A stretch of DNA of 59,148 nt from Macrostomum lignano (GCA_002269645.1 NIVC01004123.1:1-59148); one strand, 5' to 3'. Counted from the first letter of the stretch, positions 19,231-45,775 are shown. The notes: generated by a model from the sequence alone, not told the origin. A program made the numbers and translations.

Positions 19231-19629
19231 TGAGTCATATGGACACCAGGTCATTCAGACCTATTTGTAAATTATAGATAAACGAGTATTTAAGCTACCG
19301 TTTAGCTTACGGTAGTTAAGCAGATGTCAATTCAAGAATCCAGTGCGTGCAATAAAGTACATTTGAACTCTAGCAATCTGGCATGCAGATCGCATCACAT
19401 TCGATTGTTCAGTTGATTGCGAGCGGCATCCTCTGATCCGAGAGGGTTCCAATGTCGCGCACCACCCCAGCTTGACGGAGGCAAGTTGAGAAAGCCGAAA
19501 AATCCTAAATGTCACCCCATTTATTGCCCCAATCGGTTGGGCGCTTCCTATCGCGCAGCAAGACAGTTTGGGGCTCGTAACTGATTCATAAAATATATAC
19601 AATGTAGGTTACCATACCATCCCATGTAT

Positions 19630-19862
19630 GATTGGGTAGACTGGATAGATTAGCTGGGTAGACTGGATAGATTAGCTGGGTAGACTGGATAGATTAGCTG
19701 GGTAGACTGGATAGATTGGGTAGACTGGGTAGATTGAGTAGACTGGGTAGATTGGGTAGATTGGGTAGACTGGATGGACTTTGGTAGATTGGGTAGACTG
19801 GATAGACTGTGTAGTTGTTATAGACTGGTTGACTGGGTAGATTGGGTAGATTAGTTAGACTA
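19630..19862. repeat. Degenerate GGGTAGACT/GGATAGATT short-unit tandem repeat
   Basis: 9-bp subunits arranged in 18-22-bp units. Confidence 0.85.
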
Positions 19863-20424
19863 TCTAGAAAAGTTCGAACATGTCAACCTTATATTTATTA
19901 TTGACAATAATTGACATAATTATTGACATAATTATTGACGATGTGAAAATTCTTTGAATTACAGCGGATTGAACATGTAACAGCATCTAACAATCTAATT
20001 GTAGTAGATTGTGTAGACAGTCAGCCAGTCAGTCAGATTAAAGGTCAAATGCAATTCATGTATAGAGTCAGTCTGTCTTGTAGTTTTTCTAATATGAACA
20101 AACAAAGCATCTTGAGGTACTTTGTATCACTACATGTAGTTGATAAATCGGCATATAGTCTGCCATTTGCAATGTGCACTGGCCCAGCTTCACTTCCTAA
20201 TTCTTCGTGGAGATGAAGCTCTGAGGCTATCAGCTGCAGAAATCTTACCTGCACTTAATTGCTGCGTCAAAAAAGTATTCGAAGTGGAAACGAATACGAT
20301 TCATCTGGGGTCTTCGGCAGGATTACCCGTTCTGTCAAGGACAACTACCAATTCTGGAATTCGGATTGGAAGCACTTCAAATTAGGAGCGACCCGGGTGC
20401 TTGTGCCCCCTCCAATGAAAGTGC

Positions 20425-21748
20425 ATGGCGCCCCTCAGATGAAGTGGCGCCCTCTCAGATAAAGTGGCGCTCTATTCAAAGGAAGTGGCGTCCCCTTAGA
20501 TGATAAAAATGGCGCCGCCACAAATGAAAATGGCGCCGTCTCAGATACAAATGGCGCCGTCTCAGATGAAAATGGCGCCGTCTCAGATAAAAATGGCGCC
20601 GCCTCAGATGAAAATAGCGCCGCCTCATATGATGTTGCGCCGTCTTAGATAAAAATGGCGCCGTCTCAGATGAAGTGGCGCCCTCTCAGATAAAGTGGCG
20701 CTCTATTCAAAGGAAGTGGCGTCCCCTCAGATGATAAAAATGGCGCCGCCACAAATGAAAATGGCGCCGTCTCAGATACAAATGGCACCGTCTCAGATGA
20801 AAATGGCGCCGTCTCAGATAAAAATGGCGCCGCCTCAGATGAAAATAGCGCCGCCTCAGATGATGTTGCGCCGTCTCAGATAAAAATGGCGCCGTCTCAG
20901 ATAAAAATGGCGCTGTCTCAGATAAAAATGGTGCCGCCTCAGATGAAAATGGCGCCGTCTTAGATAAAAATGGCGCCGTCTCAGATGAAGTGGCGCTCTA
21001 TTCAAAGAAAGTGGCGTCCCCTCAGATTATAAAAATGGTGCCGCCTCAGATGAAAATGGCGCCGTCTCAGATAAAAATGGTGCCGCCTCAGATGAAAATA
21101 GCGCCGCCTCAGCTGATGTTGCGCCGTCTCAGATAAAATGACACGGTCTCAAATAAAAATGGCGCCGTCTCAGATAAAAATGACACGGTCTCAAATAAAA
21201 ATGGCGCCGTCTCAGATGAAAATGGCGCCGCCTCAGATGAAAATGGCGCCGTCTCAGATGAAAATGGCGCCGTCTTAGATGGCGCCGTCTCAGATGAAGT
21301 GGCGTCCCCTCAGATGATGTTGCGATGTGATTCCCCTCAAATGATAAAAATGGCGCCGCCTCAGATGAAAATAGCGCCGCCTCAGATGATGTTGCGCCGT
21401 CTCAGATAAAAATGGCGCCGTCTCAGATGAAGTGGCGCCCTCTCAGATAAAGTGGCGCTCTATTCAAAGGAAGTGGCGTCCCCTCAGATGATAAAAATGG
21501 CTCCGTCTCAGATAAAAATGGCGCCGTCTCAGATAAAAATGGCGCCGTCTCAGATAAAAATGGCGCCGTCTCAGATGAAGTGGCGCCCTCTCAGATAAAG
21601 TGGCGCTCTATTCAAAGGAAGTGGCGTCCCCTCAGATGATAAAAATGGCTCCGTCTCAGATAAAAATGGCGCCGTCTCAGATAAAAATGGCGCCGTCTCA
21701 GATAAAAATGGCGCCGTCTCAGATGAAGTGGCGCCGTCTCAAATGAAT
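20425..21748. repeat. About 21-bp minisatellite (AAAATGGCGCCGTCTCAGAT) with higher-order blocks
   Basis: About 60 units; recurring sub-block GAAGTGGCGCCCTCTCAGATAAAGTGGCGCTCTATTCAAAGG. Confidence 0.95.
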
Positions 21749-22639
21749 CCTTCAAATGAAGACCCCTGGCTATACTCGTATTAACACCTGCTGTTTTAAG
21801 TTACCATTATTTAAGCATAAGTTAGTTAGATAATTTAAATAACTTTTTTCGGATTTTTATTTAAATCTCCTCTCAAGTTAGCCAACATAGAGCTCGTTGA
21901 GTTGACTGTTTAACTGTTTTTTCAACCAGTTTCCAAATCCAGGCTCCTGCAGGATGCTGCTATGCGTCAGACATTCGGGGAAGCTGCGACCGCATGCAGC
22001 TGGTATCGTTATTTTTCCCAACCCTGCCGTCCACCACCACTTTTGCCTCTCCCCAGCCTCCACTCTCTCTCAGCTGCCCCACTTCCCGAAGTTCTCTACT
22101 GACCTCTCGACTGCGGCGTCAGCCTTACCGTCCCTCTCTCTGTCTGTCTTCATCCTTCCGATTCTGCAGCGCAAGCAATCGAAAGCAGCCGCGTTGCCTT
22201 TTGTATATTTGCACCTTGATTGGTTGGCCCCTCCATCTTGTGTCAGCCCTACCAGCAGGCTGTATGCAACAAGTAATCTTCTTCTAGGAGGACTGTCCAG
22301 CAGGCTTATCCCCCCTCCCCCCGGGGGGAAAGGCTGTCTCCGCCGGTTTCGGGGTAGCCAAAAATGGAACCTGCGGAGCGCCACCGCATTCTGTCGCGAA
22401 GCCAAAAACTTTCTCTGATTCGTCACCGTCGCTTTTCTGCTTCTAGTAGCAGAAACTTCTGTACCGATTGCTTGCGCCCTCTCAGATCTGTATCATATCT
22501 GAAATCCAAAGACTGCAGTACTTGAGTCTGCCGACCGCTTGGAGACAGAGAAGCCACCCTGAGCTGGTCTTGGTGGGTATCCGTGAGTGAAATTCTATGC
22601 AACATTGGCAAAATTATTGAACAAAAGTTTTCTTTGTAC

Positions 22640-23248
22640 TGATCTGCTTCCAATGCAGCTGTTGTTGATCTGCTTCCAATGCAGCTGTTGATGATCTGCT
22701 TCCAATGCAGCTGTTGATGATCTGCTTCCAATGCAGCTGTTGATGATCTGCTTCCAATGCAGCTGTTGATGATCTGCTTCCAATGCAGCTGTTGATGATC
22801 TGCTTCCAATGCAGCTGTTGATGATCTGCTTCCAATGCAGCTGTTGATGATCTGCTTCCAATGCAGCTGTTGATGATCTGCTTCCAATGCAGCTGTTGAT
22901 GATCTGCTTCCAATGCAGCTGTTGATGATCTGCTTCCAATGCAGCTGTTGATGATCTGCTTCCAATGCAGCTGTTGATCTGCTTCCAATGCAGCTGTTGA
23001 TGATCTGCTCCCAATGCAGCTGTTGTTGATCTGCTTCCAATGCAGCTGTTGATGATCTGCTTCCAATGCAGCTGTTGATGATCTGCTTCCAATGCAGCTG
23101 TTGATCTGCTTCCAATGCAGCTGTTGATCTGCTTCCAATGCAGCTGTTGTTGATCTGCTCCCAATGCAGCTGTTGATCTGCTTCCAATGCAGCTGTTGTT
23201 GATCTGCTCCCAATGCAGCTGTTGATGATCTGCTTCCAATGCAGCTGT
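22640..23248. repeat. 26-bp minisatellite (GATGATCTGCTTCCAATGCAGCTGTT) upstream of the multiplexin start codon
   Basis: About 23 units; probably in a 5'UTR intron (donor-like GTGAGT at 22583). Confidence 0.95.
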
Positions 23249-23870
23249 CCTGTCATCAATAAATTAATTTATCCAAAATTCCTACTAGGCAAGCAGTTAA
23301 CAGCTCAACTGTTCCAAGTTCAGTCTGTAGTTTTTTGTTGCAAAAATCCATCTTGTTACAGAACCTCTTTCAAAATTGACTATTGCTCTTCAAAATTTTA
23401 CAACTCTTTAAAAATGCCGGTGCTGTAAAAGCCTTCGCTGATGCGTCCGTCAGACAAAAACGGCAGAAATTTTTTTTAATATGCACGCGCAGTCTTGCAT
23501 TCTGTCCAGATTCTGGGGCAGATCGGCTGCTGCGATGCCTAGCGTGAGAAATTGCCGAAATTTACACCCGCTCGCCTCTGAAAGCAGAAATTGCTGTGAA
23601 AAAGAAAGACGCAGTCAACTCCTAACCCTACTAAAGAACTTATGCAAGCAAGTTTACAAGCTCAGCTGCAGAAATTATTTCAGTCTAAAGGTCTCTGTTT
23701 GGTATTTTTTTAGAAAAGGAAACTTCCATTCAAAACCGGCCTTCGATAGAAGCTGCAAACTGCATTCATCCCTCCCAGATCCCCAGAGAATCCACAAACC
23801 CAACTCGAACACCTGCTGTAACCTGGCCGGAGCTTCGAGTGACGTGGGCAGCTGGAAGCAGCACAGAGGC

Positions 23871-38078
<14,208 letters not shown>

Positions 38079-38308
38079 CCGATTACCATTGTGCTGATGT
38101 AACTCGTGCCTGTTTCTCATTTCTTATTTCTCATTCATCAGTTATGGTGTGCAAATTACTCACGCATGCACTGCAGTAGTTATTGCTCCAAGCATGAGCC
38201 TCGCGAGTGACTCTTTTTTATACAAAATAGCAAAGTTTGTTGTGCAAATTGCATTCAACGTAGAAAAGAGTTCGGTTTCAGCTAGTGAAGCCTTTAAAAG
38301 CAGTACAA

Positions 38309-38314
38309 AATAAA
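38309..38314 (+). terminator. Candidate polyadenylation signal of the multiplexin gene
   Basis: AATAAA about 230 nt after the stop codon. Confidence 0.5.
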
Positions 38315-38885
38315 CCAGAAATATGAAACCACACCAGGGTTTGAATCTTCCGATTGCGTTAAACCTCGCGCTATCGCCTAGCTAGCTATTCCACTAGGCG
38401 ATAGCGATAAAAGTCTATTCCACTTTTCAAGGTCAAATTTGACCCGTCAGCCAATGAGAATTGACCAGACGGGGGAATCCCAAACTAGAGCTGGGGTCTT
38501 GGGGTTGGTGGGGGTTTCCCTCTATTTAAGAATGATCAATTCGTTTTGTACGCGATGTATCTGATAGTCCTGCTTCGATTTCGGGTTAAGTTGGTTGCGG
38601 CCATAGACTAAAGACAGTCGCTAAGTCGGTATGAAGTTCGCTTATCGCGCGGCCTTCTGTTGTTTACAACCGTCAGTTAAACCTTGAACAATACAAGACA
38701 AAAATAATGTAAGTTTACATTCTTGTAAAATATTGCTCTATATAGATTTATTTTTGTCCTGAGCTAAGATTAGTGCGAAAAACCGAGGCTGAAGTGTTGA
38801 ACTGTAGTTAAAAATGTACCAATTTCCTTTATTCATCAATTTTGTTGCTCCAAGAGGCGCAGCCCCAGGAGTTTTTGTTGGAAGA

Positions 38886-39680
38886 GGGGCTTTAGCACCA
38901 AGGGGCTTTAGCACCAAGGGGCTTTAGCACCAAGGGGCTTTAGCACCAAGGGGCTTTAGCACCAAGGGGCTTTAGCACCAAGGGGCTTTAGCACCAAGGG
39001 GCGCCAGCACCAAGGGGCGCCAGCACCAAGGGGCGCCAGCACCAAGGGGCTTTAGCACCAAGGGGCTTTAGCACCAAGGGGCTTTAGCACCAAGGGGCTT
39101 TAGCACCAAGGGGCTTTAGCACCAAGGGGCTTTAGCACCAAGGGGCGCCAGCACCAAGGGGCGCCAGCACCAAGGGGCGCCAGCACCAAGGGGCTTTAGC
39201 ACCAAGGGGCTTTAGCACCAAGGGGCGCCAGCACCAAGGGGCTTTAGCACCAAGGGGCTTTAGCACCAAGGGGCTTTAGCACCAAGGGGCGCCAGCACCA
39301 AGGGGCTTTAGCACCAAGGGGCTTTAGCACCAAGGGGCTTTAGCACCAAGGGGCTTTAGCACCAAGGGGCTTTAGCACCAAGGGGCTTTAGCACCAAGGG
39401 GCTTTAGCACCAAGGGGCTTTAGCACCAAGGGGCTTTAGCACCAAGGGGCTTTAGCACCAAGGGGCGCCAGCACCAAGGGGCGCCAGCACCAAGGGGCGC
39501 CAGCACCAAGGGGCTTTAGCACCAAGGGGCGCCAGCACCAAGGGGCGCCAGCACCAAGGGGCGCCAGCACCAAGGGGCGCCAGCACCAAGGGGCGCCAGC
39601 ACCAAGGGGCGCCAGCACCAAGGGGCGCCAGCACCAAGGGGCGCCAGCACCAAGGGGCGCAGCACTAAGGGGCGCCAGCC
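38886..39680. repeat. 16-bp minisatellite (GCACCAAGGGGCTTTA / GCACCAAGGGGCGCCA)
   Basis: About 50 units of two variant types. Confidence 0.95.
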
Positions 39681-40191
39681 TGTCTGCCTGACTAAGCCCC
39701 TAATCCGACAGTCGCTTCAAACCAAATTTTTTGCTTTCCAATTTTTCTCCAGCTTCAAAATTACTTAGTGGGTGCGACTTTAATGTTTTGGGCCCCGTAA
39801 AGACAGAAGCAGACTTGGAAAAGTCCATTATGTTGGAATCAAATTTTTCCTCAGAGTCAAGCCACGCCCATTCATGCGATGCAACACCCGAGAAGCCATG
39901 ATACTCTTCAATAGCAGTCAATGAGCTGAGTAAACGCTCCAGTAGTTCGCGGGTTTACGACTAGCAACCTACAGTGGAGAAGGCGCCACGATCTCCGTTG
40001 TAAAACAGAGCTGCAGTGCTCCGCTGCTAGGCTGAATCCAGAAATTACTGGATTTACCCATTGAAAGGGCCATACCACCAACCCGTGCCTCATGGGAATG
40101 CGATTATAGCTGCCTCTCTCTCCACTCAATGTCCCTCTGCTCAAGCTGCTCCTGCAGCCTTGCTAAAGCCAAGGAGCTCGCGGTGCGATAG

Positions 40192-42350
40192 ACTGGAGTT
40201 GAAACTCCCTTCCCCAAACCCGACATTCTGCATTATCTGTTAAGAATTGGTTGAACCAATCTTTGAAAACCACTGTCTTATTTTCAATCCGAATGATTCC
40301 ATATCGTATATTTGCGTTTTAACAAAACTTTGCGTTCTGAAAATAAGTAACATAAGCAACCCTAAGGGGCACCAATAGTGTCTGGGTGGGCGCCCCTTGT
40401 CTATTGATTAGCGCCTCTATCTCTTAGTCGGCGCCCCTGTCTCTGAGTCGGCGCCCCTATCTCTGAGTCGGCGCCCCTATCTCTTAGTCGGCGCCCCTAT
40501 CTCTTAGTCGGCGCCCCTGTCTCTGAGTCGGTGCCCCTGTCTCTTAGTCGGCGCCCCTGTCTCTTGGTGGGCGCCCCTGTCTCTTAGTGGGCGCCCCAGT
40601 CTCTTAGTGGGCTCCCCTGTCTCTGAGTCGGCGCCCCTGTCTCTTGGTGGGCACCCCTGTCTCTGAGTCGGCGCCCCTGTCTCTTGGTGGGCGCCCCTGT
40701 CTCTTAGTCGGCGCCCCTGTCTCTGAGTCGGCGCCCATGTCTCTTAGTCGGCGCCCCTGTCTCTGAGTCGGTGCCCCTGTCTCTTAGTCGGCGCCCCTGT
40801 CTCTTGGTGGGCGCCCCTGTCTCTTAGTGGGCGCCCCAGTCTCTTAGTGGGCTCCCCTGTCTCTGAGTCGGCGCCCCTGTCTCTTGGTGGGCACCCCTGT
40901 CTCTGAGTCGGCGCCCCTGTCTCTTGGTGGGCGCCCCTGTCTCTTAGTCGGCGCCCCTGTCTCTGAGTCGGCGCCCATGTCTCTTAGTCGGCGCCCCTGT
41001 CTCTGAGTCGGTGCCCCTGTCTCTTAGTCGGCGCCCCTGTCTCTTGGTGGGCGCCCCTGTCTCTTAGTGGGCGCCCCAGTCTCTTAGTGGGCTCCCCTGT
41101 CTCTGAGTCGGCGCCCCTGTCTCTTGGTGGGCACCCCTGTCTCTGAGTCGGCGCCCCTGTCTCTTGGTGGGCGCCCCTGTCTCTTGGTGGGCGCCCCTGT
41201 CTCTTAGTGGGCGCCCCTGTCTCTTAGTAGGCGATTATGCTGGGGGCGATCGAGAGAGGATGGGGGGTGAGACGCGACCCCCTTGGCCCCCACCCCTCTG
41301 CCTACGCCACTGGGCTTTTGTCTCTGCAGAAAATTTTTGAGCCATAAAATTTTACATACAGTAAGAGAAACAGGCTCCTATAGTCCATTGGCTTCGAATG
41401 CAATGAATCTATGCTCAAATACGCCGAATTTATTCAGTTTCATAATGAAACTAAGCATCACAGAAATCGGTTTACGGCATACCCAAATTTATGATTAATT
41501 TAGTAAAAGATGACGCAGAGAAAGTCGCCCATATTTTGTATGCAAAAATGAAGAGCCGCGCAGTCAGCCTGCAGTTGTCTGAAAATGTGGGTTAGGAATC
41601 TCGAGGTTTCTGCTTCCAAGTCTCACCCTGCTCAGCACTCAACCCCACGCAGCTCCCGTCCATTTCTGCGCCTCCATTCTCTCTCTCCCTTTTCCGTCTC
41701 CCTCTCCCCTACCCTCCCCTTTGCCAGCTCAACGTACTCAAAAATTGCCAGACTCAACTCTTGCCTTCAGATCAATTTCTGGAACCTCGCAACACTGCGT
41801 TTGGGCTGGAATCTCAGGGATCGTGGCCTCGGTTTTTTAAAAATTGGGCCAAATTGTTTGGCCCGAAATCTTCTAGCTTAGCAACTGGAAAAATAAATTC
41901 TAAAAAGGATCACCCAGCACTACCGGGTGAGGAGAATACTGTGAGTAATTCAATGGCTCACTGTTTGGATTCATTTTTAGCTGACAGAAGAAGGGGAAAG
42001 TTAAGGAACTTGCTGCAGCTGCTGCACCGCTTTCAACACCGACAAAGACCCTTGACAGGACTCTAGAGACCCTTGACAAGACGCTAGAGACCATTGACAA
42101 GACTCTAGAGATCCTTGACAAGACTCTAGAGACCCTTGACAAGACTCTAGAGATCCTTGACAAGACTCTAGAGACCCTTGACAAGACGCTAGAGACCCTT
42201 GACAAGACTCTAGAGACCCTTGACAAGACTCTAGAGACCCTTGACAAGACTCTAGAGACCATTGACAAGACTCTAGAGACCCTTGACAAGACTCTAGAGA
42301 CCCTTATTAAAAAGACTCTTAACAAAACTCTAGAGACCCTTGACCCTTGA
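40192..42350 (+). other. Candidate orphan or decayed multi-exon gene ending in a heptad-repeat exon
   Basis: Phase-compatible chain 40192-40238, 41330-41360, 41464-41590, 41771-41940, 41988-42350 gives one open frame (PFPKPDILHYLKFLSHKILHTKSVYGIPKFMINLVKDDAEKVAHILY..KKGKVKELAAAAAPLSTPTK(TLDKTLE)n). No homology recognised, start not found, in-frame TAG at 40189. Confidence 0.33.
40390..41232. repeat. 20-bp minisatellite (GGCGCCCCTGTCTCTTGGTG / ..TGAGTC) with a 240-bp higher-order repeat x3
   Basis: Blocks starting at 40501, 40741 and 40981 repeat the same sequence of variants. Confidence 0.95.
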
Positions 42351-42400
42351 CATGTAGAGATCCTAAAAGGATTTTACGAGACCCTGACAACACTGAGACC
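42048..42400. repeat. 21-bp minisatellite (GACCCTTGACAAGACTCTAGA)
   Basis: About 14 good units plus degenerate copies; open in one + frame as TLDKTLE. Confidence 0.95.
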
Positions 42401-43409
42401 CAGTCAAATAATTAAAATGCAAATACCTGCTGCAGCAAATACTGAACTAATGAGTCACCGTGCTTCACATGGGTACCATCTTGAATCTTGTATGCCCTGG
42501 TATTTCTCGGGCAAGGTTTGCATAGCTCAAATTTCCCGGCCCTGTATGTATACGCAGCCCCGAAGAATACGTTTGCACTTTTAATGCTCAAGAAACTGCA
42601 TCTAGTTTTGACGCCAATGAAACCGCTTGCAGTTGGCATTCAACTACAAACTCTATCTCACTCTTCTCTATCCGCTTTCTCCCTTCTGCTTTTTTCAGCT
42701 AAAAAGCGACTGCCAAACTGCAGAAACAGCCAACTGCAACAGCCTTTCCGCACTGGAGCATCTTGCAGCATATCGGAAACGAAATCAATATTCATAAAAG
42801 CTCCTTTGCCGCAATTCTTTACGTGCTCACCGGTTATAAATAGCCAAACCAGAAGATGCAATAACGTCAGCACCAAAGCTTAGAATAGAACAGACGGCCC
42901 GTCGTAAATTGGCTTTATCGCGGAATTCTAAGAAGTCGCGCGGGACTGCGCACGGCTCTCGAGATTAGAACCACTAAGCAGAGGCGTGCGCGCGCAGAGA
43001 GCGTCTTCCTTCCGTTTGATCGCACTGCACGCACGCCGCGATTTGTCACATTTTGCCACGAGTTCAACCCGATAGCTTTTGGTTCGCGTACACCGTGCGA
43101 TAGGCCAACCCCCCACCCCCCTACACTGTACTGACAGGCGGCATTTTCTCTACAAACACAGCGCTGGGTCCACACGAGCGCCGCACGTACGTCGTTCACT
43201 GCAGACCTCCACCCTCCCGCGAGGAACCGCCGCATTACATATTAATATAAACACATTTGCGTACCATAAGGCAGCCAAAGGTTCCACAGTGCAACTAAGA
43301 CGGGTGTTGGCCGGTCCCTAGAGCAGCGATAGCCTGGTTTCTAAGGATATCTACAAGCTAAGAATATCATTATCAAAGTGTCTACTGACGAGACCCGAGG
43401 CGGACAGGC

Positions 43410-44537
43410 ATGGCTCAATACCTCTACGACCTCTTCTGGACGGACAGCTTCTGGCTGCCTCAGGGATACACCTGGCAGAGTCTGCAACGACGATCTGATC
43501 CGCCGCCAACGGTGTTCAAAGCCTGCTTAGCCGACCTGAAATATTCGTTCGCCTGTGCGCTGGTGCTGTTCACCATCCGGCACCTGCTGGACCGGCTGCT
43601 GTACCGCCCGCTGGGCTGCTGGCTGGGCCTGACAGATCCGGCAGTCTATCAGCCGAGAACTCAAGAGGACCGCCGCTTAGAAATGGCTTTCCAGAACGGC
43701 AAACGGAGCGGCAAAAGTGTCGATTATCAGGCCCTGTCGCGCAGCATCGATCGCTCCGAGGTGTTCGTCAGCAACTGGTTCCGGGTTCGGCGCAACCGCG
43801 ACCGATCCAGCCAGCTCACCAAGTTCACCGAGAGCGCCTGGCAGATTTCTTTCTACTCCGTCAGCTTCCTCTATGGCGTCGCCATTTTGTGGAACAAGCC
43901 CTACCTGTGGAGCACCATCGAAATTTGGCGCGGATGGCCGGAGCATCACGTGACGTCGGATGTTTACTGGTACTACATGGTGGAGCTCGGCTTTTACTGG
44001 ACGGCTCTCGTCACCGTGTTTAGCGACACAAAGCGCAAGGACTTCAAAGAGATGCTGCTGCACCACTGCATAACCATAGTCCTCATGGTGTTCAGCTGGT
44101 CTCTGAACTTCACCCGAATCGGCGCGCTCATCCTTGCCCTGCACGACGCCGTTGATCCGCTGTTTCACCTGGCCAAAATCGGCAGCTACACAAAACTGCG
44201 CTGGCTCAGCGATCCGTCGTTTGTCACCTTTATGACAGTGTGGTTCGTCACCCGGCTGATTCTGTATCCGTTCCGAATCGTGCTCACCGCACTCACCGAG
44301 CTGGAGTCCGAATGTGGCATCAGTCCGGCTCTGCGGGGACTTCAGGCCTGCCTGCTGGTGCTGCAGGCGCTCCACGTGATCTGGTCCTACTTCATCGTCA
44401 AGGTGGCCTTCAGGGTGGTGTTCAAAGGCAATCGGCAGGACTCTAGGTCGGACTCGGAGGAATCTACCGAGGAGTGCTCAGAAACTGTGAAGGCCAATGG
44501 CGATAGCACTGTGGACAGCAAAGCTAAGTCAACTTAG
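43410..44537 (+). CDS. CERS: Ceramide synthase (Hox-like domain + TLC/Lag1p domain), 375 aa, intronless CDS
   Basis: N-terminal FWLPQGYTW; homeodomain-like helix VSNWFRVRRNRDR; KFTESAW; Lag1p motif RKDFKEMLLHH..RIGALILALHDAVD; C-terminal DSRSDSEE. Confidence 0.95.
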   Translation: MAQYLYDLFWTDSFWLPQGYTWQSLQRRSDPPPTVFKACLADLKYSFACALVLFTIRHLLDRLLYRPLGCWLGLTDPAVYQPRTQEDRRLEMAFQNGKRSGKSVDYQALSRSIDRSEVFVSNWFRVRRNRDRSSQLTKFTESAWQISFYSVSFLYGVAILWNKPYLWSTIEIWRGWPEHHVTSDVYWYYMVELGFYWTALVTVFSDTKRKDFKEMLLHHCITIVLMVFSWSLNFTRIGALILALHDAVDPLFHLAKIGSYTKLRWLSDPSFVTFMTVWFVTRLILYPFRIVLTALTELESECGISPALRGLQACLLVLQALHVIWSYFIVKVAFRVVFKGNRQDSRSDSEESTEECSETVKANGDSTVDSKAKST

Positions 44538-45526
44538 TTCCCAGCACTGCAACTGCATGCAATGATTTGTATCTGATTTTAGTTAGACCTATAATGCATC
44601 GGCTTTGCAAATGGTATTTCTTAACTTTGTAAACGTTGTCCTTCCGCTTTGACCTTATTAGCCAGAAGACACCTTTTCTATGCAGTCATTATTTAGTCAT
44701 ATATTTTAATATGGTTCCAGCAGTTTGAAAATCATTACGCATATTTCCATATGCCCGCCGGATTCCAGAGATCAAAGCTTTGTCTGGTGCAATCTTTTGC
44801 GCAGAGAAAATTATCCAAATCTTTCACTGGCGTCGCTTTTTGATTATTGAATCATTAAGGACCTTTTGTTGTTTTGATTTGATTGTAAATCGTAATCGTT
44901 TTGCATAAAATATTCATGCCAATATCGGTCTAAAATACTATTTTTAATTGATGCTAACTTGCTTCGCATCCTGATACGTCTCATTTTTCCTTGATAAAAT
45001 TCCAAGAAACACAAGAAATGACGTCCATACGGAAGTCATACAGACAGTCTACAAACGGACATCAAAATTTCCGTATAGATTTTTGCTATTTTTGTTTGAC
45101 AGAAAGTCAATTCCAGAGGATCAACTATTCCAGCTTCTTTAGAGTCGATGAAGAACGACACAGTCTTTTACTCTGGTCAAATAGAAAAGAAACACGGAAG
45201 ATCCGTGACATTTTGCATGGCTCATGTGACTTGAAATTAACTGGAATTAACTGGGTCAGGGCTGAAGGCTTATCGTTGAGATTGCCTTGGATTTTTGCTT
45301 CTTTGTATCAGTGCATCGGCGCCTATTTGTGCCACGGCAGGCCGAAAGAAACTTAGCGAAAGCCACGGCTGACTGAAGAAGGTTTACCTTGCTTGTGCGC
45401 ATTGCGTCTGATAAAGAAAAAAACCAACCAGAGCGTGATTAAGACACAGACTGTTGGTCGATGCACCTGCAAGGATGAGGGATCAAAGGAGTATATTTAA
45501 TTTTAAACGACACATGACTCTGCATT

Positions 45527-45552
45527 AGTTAGTTAGTTAGTTAGTTAGTTAT

Positions 45553-45619
<67 letters not shown>

Positions 45620-45692
45620 CGAGTATTTAGTTAGTTGGTCAGTTAGTTAGTGAGTTAGTAGTTAGTTTGTTAGTTGGTTAGTTAGTTAGTTG

Positions 45693-45734
<42 letters not shown>

Positions 45735-45775
45735 AGTTAGTTTGTTAGTTAGTTTGTTAGTTAGTTAGTTAGTTG

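Noticed and set aside
20045-20385. Short ORFs on both strands before the ATGGCG array
   Set aside because: No family motif recognised and no partner exons found.
40198-40238. PFPKPDILHYL resembling the KRAB KPD motif
   Set aside because: Match too short, no KRAB-A helix or zinc fingers, unexpected in this lineage.
44991-45356. 121-aa ORF with faint resemblance to a PLC-beta PH segment (FRVDEE..LLWSN.KE)
   Set aside because: Similarity too weak and no further exons; needs a profile search.
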